A program made the translations under genes and the position numbers. Positions 24,468 through 29,981 of a stretch of DNA of 29,981 nt are shown piece after piece; the stretch's first letter is position 1, and every line of letters begins with the position of its first letter. The DNA is from a virus (lineage: Duplodnaviria > Caudoviricetes): the IMG/VR virus record IMGVR_UViG_3300048895_000211, positions 1-29,981 of that record, one strand, 5' to 3'. Below the pieces are notes generated by a model. The model did no database searches. It saw only the letters and a program-made list of their open reading frames with translations, and was not told the origin of the DNA.

Positions 24468-25114
24468 AGCCCATCAAGATTGTCGCCCCTGACCCCAACA
24501 TCGAAATCGAAGTGCCGGTGGGGAACTTCGGGGCGAAGCTTGTTGCAGGCCTCGGGGGATTCGAGGAGGTCGAACGCCAGGACGACGTCTCCGCGACTGA
24601 CTGGGTCGGCCAGGCAGCCCTGCGGCAAGACATCTCCATTCTCCTCGACGGGTACGCGACCGGCGATTCGGTAGAGCGGGAACTGAACACGATTTTGAAG
24701 CTGGGGCGAGATCCAAATGGTGAGCGCGTCCCACCAGTCTTCCGCGTCTGGGGTCCCGTCTACTACGAGGGCAAGGCCTGGGTTCTACCGGCGGACGGAA
24801 TTGACCTGGATGGGGGCGAGATTGAACCGATTCGTCGGTCCGGCAATGGCGAGCTACTCCGCCAGGAACTCGTCTTGCACCTGCTCGAGTTCAACCCGCC
24901 GGACACGATCAGAGTTCGCGGTAAGCAGCACACCGGAGTAAGCGGGAATGAAGCCATCGGTGGTACCTACACCACCAAAAAAGGCGAAACCCTCCATGAG
25001 ATCGCAGCCCGTCTCTTTGGCGATTGGACTGTCTGGAAAGAGAAACTGGGCGGCAACGGCATCTCCGACCCGAACCGGAAACTGCCGGCAGGCATGGTGC
25101 TGAAGATCCGATGA
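24464..25114 (+). CDS. Tail tube initiator / LysM baseplate protein
   Basis: C-terminal LysM (YTTKKGETLHEIAARLFGD...ISDPNRKLPAGMVLKI); follows the TMP. Confidence 0.85.
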   Translation: MKPIKIVAPDPNIEIEVPVGNFGAKLVAGLGGFEEVERQDDVSATDWVGQAALRQDISILLDGYATGDSVERELNTILKLGRDPNGERVPPVFRVWGPVYYEGKAWVLPADGIDLDGGEIEPIRRSGNGELLRQELVLHLLEFNPPDTIRVRGKQHTGVSGNEAIGGTYTTKKGETLHEIAARLFGDWTVWKEKLGGNGISDPNRKLPAGMVLKIR

Positions 25115-27060
25115 GCCAGAAGAAACGCTCGACGAAGGATCGCGTCCAGGGGATCGACTCGCGGCTTGGCGACCTGGCCCTCCGGGATGGGCGCAAGCTA
25201 GCAGTCGAGATCGGCGGCGGCATCGTCCCTACCCCGACCCTGAAGCGGACCATCGAGGGCTCCAGTTCGATCTCGGTGGAGGTCTACGACCCCGAGCTCA
25301 AGTTCCTCCAAGCCTCGATGCTCGCCGAGAAGTTCGATGCCGAGATCGATGACCTGCACTTCCGTTACGTCGGCACCAGCAAGTCCGGCCGAAATCTGAC
25401 CATCACCCTCGAGGATCGAGCCATTGCGCTCCTGCGTGAAGCGAAGGGCCCGGACAAGGTGCTCGCTCACCGCGGCAGACCGAACGAAGTCACTCGGGCC
25501 GAGTACATCAAGACGCTCGTCAAGAAAGCCGCACCCCACCTCACCTTCGTCTGCCCACAGCTTCACGACAAGCAGCCGATCGCCAAACCGGACAAAGCAA
25601 AAAAGGCGAACGAAGAAGCGAAAGACCGCCGCGAAAAAGGGATCGGTGCCGCGAAGCATCTGACAATCGACGGAGTCCCCGCTTCTCCGGCCCAGAAGGA
25701 GCTCGGCGAAGAAGCCCTCCGCATCGCCGACTCCTACAACGCGCCCCAGGTGGTCGAAGTGGCGGTGATCGCCGCCCTCATGGACGAGTCGACAATGGGC
25801 GAGGCCTCACCCGGCAACGTCCTTCAGGCGCTCGAACCGTACACCAAGATTAGACCGGCGGCCCAGGAGATCAGTGGCTTTATAGCCGGGGAACCAACAT
25901 GGACCGGCGTTACCGCAATCGGCTACGCGAAAAGCCACCCGGAGGCGACCTTCTACGAAATCGCCCAAGCCGTCCAAAAGTCCGGCGCGGGCGAATCGAC
26001 CAATGGCGCAGGCAACTACGGCAAATTCGGGGATGAGGCACGCGCATGGGTCGAAGCGATGGGCGGCGAAGGTGGCGAAGTCGGGTCCGAAACGGTCAAG
26101 GAGCCCCGCACCTTTGAAGTCAAGAAGGGCGAGGACTACTGGACTGCGATCAAGCGGATGGCCAAGGAAGTCAATTGGCGCGCGTTCGTGGTCGGTGAAC
26201 GCTTCTACTTCATCGACGAGCTTGAACTAGCTCATGGCATGGTTCGGCTGGCAATCGATCGCGACACGCCGGGAATCCCGCCGGCCAACGTCGACTTTGA
26301 CTACAACCGCAACAAGCTCGTAACCGAGGTCAAGCTCAACAAGGTCCCGGTGAAGCAGTGGAAGCCACCTCCCGGCTCTGTGGTGACGCTTGAGGGGTAC
26401 GGGCCGGCCAGCCTTGGCTTCGGCGCTCCGCCTGTCAAGGCCAACGCCAAAGGCCAGAAGGCTGGACTGAGCTCGAACCGCAACGCCAAGACCGGCGAAG
26501 GGCGTGGGCGCTACCTCGTAGCTTCGATCGAATCCCCGCTCACTGAAAGCTCGGACTCGCGGCTCGCAACGATCACGCTGAAGAAGCCGACTGCGCCGCT
26601 GCCGGAGCCGGCGGCGAAAACCAAAACCGTGGGAGTCAAGGGCTCAGGGGGAGGTATAGGGCCAACCTCCGGGATGGGTGCGCTCGAAGGCACTCCAGAA
26701 GACATCGTTAACGAGGTCGTCGACTATGCCCATACCCATGGCTTCCCCGACGTCACCCGCCAGAGCGTGCGGGAAGCCAACGCGACCCACGGGCCCACCA
26801 TCGATGGCAACGTCTCAGATCATCAGGGTCCACCGGACGTGCGATGGGCCGCCGACATCTCCAATGGGACTTCAACTCCCGAGGAGGCGGAATTGGCCAA
26901 GGCCATAGCGCAGGCGTTCAACATCCCTTGGCACGGCACTCTCACGACCGGGGAACTTGCCGAAGCGACACATGGCGGCTATCGCTTCCAGCTCATCCAC
27001 AACACGATGGTTGGTGGCGATCATTTCGACCATGTTCATTTCGGCTGCGCGGTGGCCTGA
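25111..27060 (+). CDS. Baseplate hub with inserted lysozyme-like segment and C-terminal Zn-peptidase (M15/LAS-like) domain
   Basis: ATGA-coupled start; hub segments (ITLEDR, GEDYWTAIKRMAKEVNWRAFV); AALMDES...AQAVQKS; SDH...AADIS...HFDHVHFG. Confidence 0.75.
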   Translation: MSQKKRSTKDRVQGIDSRLGDLALRDGRKLAVEIGGGIVPTPTLKRTIEGSSSISVEVYDPELKFLQASMLAEKFDAEIDDLHFRYVGTSKSGRNLTITLEDRAIALLREAKGPDKVLAHRGRPNEVTRAEYIKTLVKKAAPHLTFVCPQLHDKQPIAKPDKAKKANEEAKDRREKGIGAAKHLTIDGVPASPAQKELGEEALRIADSYNAPQVVEVAVIAALMDESTMGEASPGNVLQALEPYTKIRPAAQEISGFIAGEPTWTGVTAIGYAKSHPEATFYEIAQAVQKSGAGESTNGAGNYGKFGDEARAWVEAMGGEGGEVGSETVKEPRTFEVKKGEDYWTAIKRMAKEVNWRAFVVGERFYFIDELELAHGMVRLAIDRDTPGIPPANVDFDYNRNKLVTEVKLNKVPVKQWKPPPGSVVTLEGYGPASLGFGAPPVKANAKGQKAGLSSNRNAKTGEGRGRYLVASIESPLTESSDSRLATITLKKPTAPLPEPAAKTKTVGVKGSGGGIGPTSGMGALEGTPEDIVNEVVDYAHTHGFPDVTRQSVREANATHGPTIDGNVSDHQGPPDVRWAADISNGTSTPEEAELAKAIAQAFNIPWHGTLTTGELAEATHGGYRFQLIHNTMVGGDHFDHVHFGCAVA

Positions 27061-27359
27061 TGCCGAGTCCCGCCGAACTCGGGCCTGACGCCGTTTCGCC
27101 TCTTGAGCCCCAATCCTACGAGGCCAACGTGCTCGATGACGCGGCGGCCCCAGGGCAAGAGATCCGCTGCTCACGTCCGAGCCTCGACGAGCTGCTCGCA
27201 GACGACCCCATGCCATGGACGCCCTATGTGACCGAGGCAGGGGTCTTCTTCCCCAAGCGTGGCAACCGGGCGATCGTCGAGTTCCCAGACGGCGGGACGC
27301 CCGTCATCGCACAGTGGTGGCCCAACGGGGACGCCGTGCCGGACCATCCTTTCAGCTAA
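27060..27359 (+). CDS. Baseplate spike-like protein (short, 99 aa)
   Basis: TGATG start; FPKRGNRAIVEFPDGGTPVIAQWWP resembles the gpV-type OB fold; synteny. Confidence 0.6.
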   Translation: MPSPAELGPDAVSPLEPQSYEANVLDDAAAPGQEIRCSRPSLDELLADDPMPWTPYVTEAGVFFPKRGNRAIVEFPDGGTPVIAQWWPNGDAVPDHPFS

Positions 27360-27373
27360 CGGAGGCACCTTCT

Positions 27374-27685
27374 TTGGCTTCGACTCCCCATTTCGCGTGG
27401 CCCTTCCGCGCAATCGACGGCGTGGTTCAGACGGTTGCGCAGGACTCAAGCGAAGAGATAGAACAGTGTGTTGAAGCAGTCTTGAACACACCCTTGGGTT
27501 CCCGAATCGACGCTCCCGGCTACGGGGTTCCCGACGAGACCTTCTCGACGCTCTCCGCTGACAAGAGCGTGTCCGGCTACCTCGCCGCTGTCGAAGCTGC
27601 TGAGCCGCGAGCGCACGTCCTCGGCGAGGCAACCGTGGGGGAGATGGCCAAGCGTGTCGTCATCCGCAATCAGGAGGCCCGATGA
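27374..27685 (+). CDS. Baseplate wedge protein, gp25/gpW-like
   Basis: GGAGG RBS, TTG start; HFAWPFR...AVLNTPLGSRIDAPGYG...AEPRA. Confidence 0.85.
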   Translation: MASTPHFAWPFRAIDGVVQTVAQDSSEEIEQCVEAVLNTPLGSRIDAPGYGVPDETFSTLSADKSVSGYLAAVEAAEPRAHVLGEATVGEMAKRVVIRNQEAR

Positions 27686-28851
27686 GCGTCTTTGTCACGA
27701 CCAATGAAGAAGTCGACGCGGCGGTGCTCGAGCAGGAAACGAACGAAGCGGTTGAAGCTGCGCTGGAAGGCTGGCAGCCAGCCGAAGGCGATCTCCTGAC
27801 GTGGGCCAACAAGACGTTCTCGCGCATCGGCGCTTCTGTGTTCGGCCAAGCGGCGACGATGGAACGTGGGGCCTTCAAGCGCTTTGGCGAAGCGATCGTC
27901 AGCGTGCCGCCAGTTCAAGCAGCGCCGGCGACGGTCGAAAGCATTTGGGAGCTTGTGGACAACAAAGGCGGCTACGAAATCGAGGATGGCGCCACAGTAA
28001 CCGTGGAAGCTTCTGGGGCGCGGGCTGTGGGTTTCAAGGTTGTTGGGACGGTCGTCGTGCCCATTGGGTCGACCAAAGTGTCAGTCCTGCTGGAGGCGGT
28101 CGAACCCGGAGGGGCCAGCAATGGCCTGACTGGGACGGCGAGCCTCAGTAAGAGCTACTCGTTCGTTGTCGAACCGGGTGGGATCGAACTCATCGGCGAA
28201 AGTGCCAACGGAGTCGACGAAGAGGAAGAAGACGTATATCTCGATCGACTCGTTGAAACGACGCGGCTTCTCTCTCTATCGCTGATCGTCGGCTCGGACT
28301 TCGAGATCGATGCCCGGGCCGTGCCGAGCATCGCACGAGCTAAGTGCATCGAGGCCTACAACGCCGAAGCGGCAGCCGAAGAAGCGCTCCACGTAAGCGT
28401 CTACCCGATAGACGAGGCCGGCTTGGCCCTCGGTTCGCCGGTCAAGGCAGCCTTGAAAGAACGCCAGGAAGGCAAGGTGCCATCCGGCGTCAAAGTCCAC
28501 ATCGTGGATCCGGCCTACACGCAGGTCGACGTCACCGCGACGATCGTGGTCCAGCCCGGATTTGACCCGGCCACCGTCATTGCCGCAGTCGAAGCGCGGC
28601 TAGCCGAATACTTCAGCCCGGCCAAGTGGGGTGTGCCGACGCAGGGGGATTCGGGGAGTGGCTGGGAAAACCGCACCAGCGTCTACCGCTTTGAGCTCAT
28701 CTCGGAGATCGACCGGGTTGGAGGGATGGAACGGGTGGTCACGCTGAAATTGGCCAAACACGGCGATGCACTGAGCACCGCCGAAGAACTTGTCCTGACG
28801 GGCGTCGCGCCGCTGACCAAAGCAGGTACCTTCGCGATCACGGAGGCATAG
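27682..28851 (+). CDS. Baseplate J-like wedge protein
   Basis: EAVEPGGASNG, NGVDEE...YLDRL, DFEIDAR, VHIVDP.Y..VDVTATI. Confidence 0.9.
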   Translation: MSVFVTTNEEVDAAVLEQETNEAVEAALEGWQPAEGDLLTWANKTFSRIGASVFGQAATMERGAFKRFGEAIVSVPPVQAAPATVESIWELVDNKGGYEIEDGATVTVEASGARAVGFKVVGTVVVPIGSTKVSVLLEAVEPGGASNGLTGTASLSKSYSFVVEPGGIELIGESANGVDEEEEDVYLDRLVETTRLLSLSLIVGSDFEIDARAVPSIARAKCIEAYNAEAAAEEALHVSVYPIDEAGLALGSPVKAALKERQEGKVPSGVKVHIVDPAYTQVDVTATIVVQPGFDPATVIAAVEARLAEYFSPAKWGVPTQGDSGSGWENRTSVYRFELISEIDRVGGMERVVTLKLAKHGDALSTAEELVLTGVAPLTKAGTFAITEA

Positions 28852-29981
28852 GTGGACCGTCCAGTAGTCAGCGACCTCACCGAGGAGTTCTACGCGGCCC
28901 TAGGGTGGTGGGCGAAGGAAGACGAGAACCTCGGCCAGGTCGTCCCACCCTACACAAATATGAGCACAAACCCGAGCCTTGAGGTCGACCTCACTGGCTA
29001 TAACACCACGCTTTCCTACTGGATCAACGACACTGCGGTTTTGACGCGCGACACCTCGCTGCCCGCCGTTGCCGGCGAAGCGATGGGCAAGGTCGTGGCC
29101 CCCGGCACGAAAACGCTCGAGGGCATGAAGTCCCGGGCGATCGCTGGCGGGTTGGAACTGACCGCCGGCCAGGCAGTGACCGTGTCAGTAGCGGTTCGGG
29201 GCGCGGTTGGCGGGGAGCTGGTGAAGCTCGGGGTAGGGGATGCCACGAATGGTCACGCCGAAAGCGCCTATGTGGCGCTGACCACCAAACCCCAGCGGCT
29301 TGCGGTGACCCTCACCCCGACTGGCTCGGGACTCTCCAACTGGGCGCTGGTCGGCCCTAATGCCTTGGTCGCGCAGACCTTCTACTGGGACGCGGCGCAG
29401 ATCGTGGATGGGACCGAAGCCCTCGGCTACATCGACGGCGACATGCCGGGGTGCGAATGGCTAGGAACGCCTGGAGCGTCTGCCTCCGGCTATCTCGGCA
29501 AAGACACAACCTGGCCGCTCCTCCGAACCGCGGCTGCTTGGGTCGAAACGCTGCTCGATCCCGTCTATGAGGTAGTCCGCGAACGCGACGGCCAGCGCGG
29601 CTGGGCGGTCCTGCTTGACCCTGCCAACTGCCCGGCCAAAGGACTGCCCTACTTGGCCCAGTACGTAGGCGCCGAGCTAACACCCGAGATGGATGAGGCC
29701 CAACAGAGGGCTGAGATCGAAGAACCGACGAGCTGGAAGCGCGGGCAGCTGCCCGCGATCAAGCTTGTAGGTGCTAGGGGACTGACCGGGACAAAACGAG
29801 TGATCGTGCGCTCAAGGACTCCCAGTGTCGGCCACCACTATATCCGCACCCTTGCTTCGGAGACGCCGAGCCCAGAGCGAACTGAATTCACGCTGCGCAA
29901 AAAAGGAGTTCCAGCCTGGGAGATGCTCGACTACGAGGCGATCGACGGCGTGACCGTCGAGGACGTAGCGGCTGGGTGGAA
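28852..29981 (+). CDS. Baseplate wedge protein (P2 gpI-like) with inserted carbohydrate-binding-like domain; 3'-truncated (not in ORF track)
   Basis: GTG right after the J-like stop; I translated it open to the window end; LLDPANCPAKGLPYLAQYVG...WKRG is gpI-like. Confidence 0.8.
   Translation, partial: MDRPVVSDLTEEFYAALGWWAKEDENLGQVVPPYTNMSTNPSLEVDLTGYNTTLSYWINDTAVLTRDTSLPAVAGEAMGKVVAPGTKTLEGMKSRAIAGGLELTAGQAVTVSVAVRGAVGGELVKLGVGDATNGHAESAYVALTTKPQRLAVTLTPTGSGLSNWALVGPNALVAQTFYWDAAQIVDGTEALGYIDGDMPGCEWLGTPGASASGYLGKDTTWPLLRTAAAWVETLLDPVYEVVRERDGQRGWAVLLDPANCPAKGLPYLAQYVGAELTPEMDEAQQRAEIEEPTSWKRGQLPAIKLVGARGLTGTKRVIVRSRTPSVGHHYIRTLASETPSPERTEFTLRKKGVPAWEMLDYEAIDGVTVEDVAAGW

Larger units (their letters stand above)
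1..29981 (+). mobile_element. Tailed (pro)phage with contractile tail, late region; both ends lie outside the window
   Basis: Continuous co-oriented HNH-TerS-TerL-portal-scaffold-capsid-connector-sheath-tube-TAC-TMP-baseplate gene order. The IS and broken capsid gene suggest an integrated copy, but no integrase or att site is in view. Confidence 0.95.

Noticed and set aside
20118-29981. Stand-alone eCIS, tailocin or T6SS locus
   Set aside because: It is contiguous with terminase, portal, scaffold, capsid and connector genes, so it is a phage tail by origin.

Overview
High-GC window made up almost entirely of one tailed (pro)phage, read mostly on the + strand. The XRE/wHTH gene pair and leaderless TANNNT promoters suggest an actinobacterial host, possibly Thermoleophilia/Solirubrobacterales (inference). 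Order: (1) a structured ~410-nt leader and small genes ending in HNH-1; (2) an accessory island (~3.3-7.2 kb) with a soluble + 4-TM gene pair resembling RexA/RexB exclusion systems, an IS1595-family transposase with two small partner genes, and an XRE/wHTH pair; (3) small genes, HNH-2, TerS, TerL, SPP1-Gp6-like portal, scaffold and a frameshift-split major capsid gene; (4) a putative head-fibre module, then head-tail joining genes; (5) a contractile tail: sheath, tube, frameshifted chaperone, short tape measure, LysM initiator, hub with peptidoglycan-hydrolase-like domains, spike, and gp25-, J- and I-like wedges, running off the right end. The most striking unexplained signal is a recurrent hairpin with a C-GCGAN-G pentaloop and varying stems. 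It occurs 9 times at 5 translation-start regions of packaging and head genes, three times with the AUG inside the hairpin. All family calls come from motif recognition and synteny; no searches were run.
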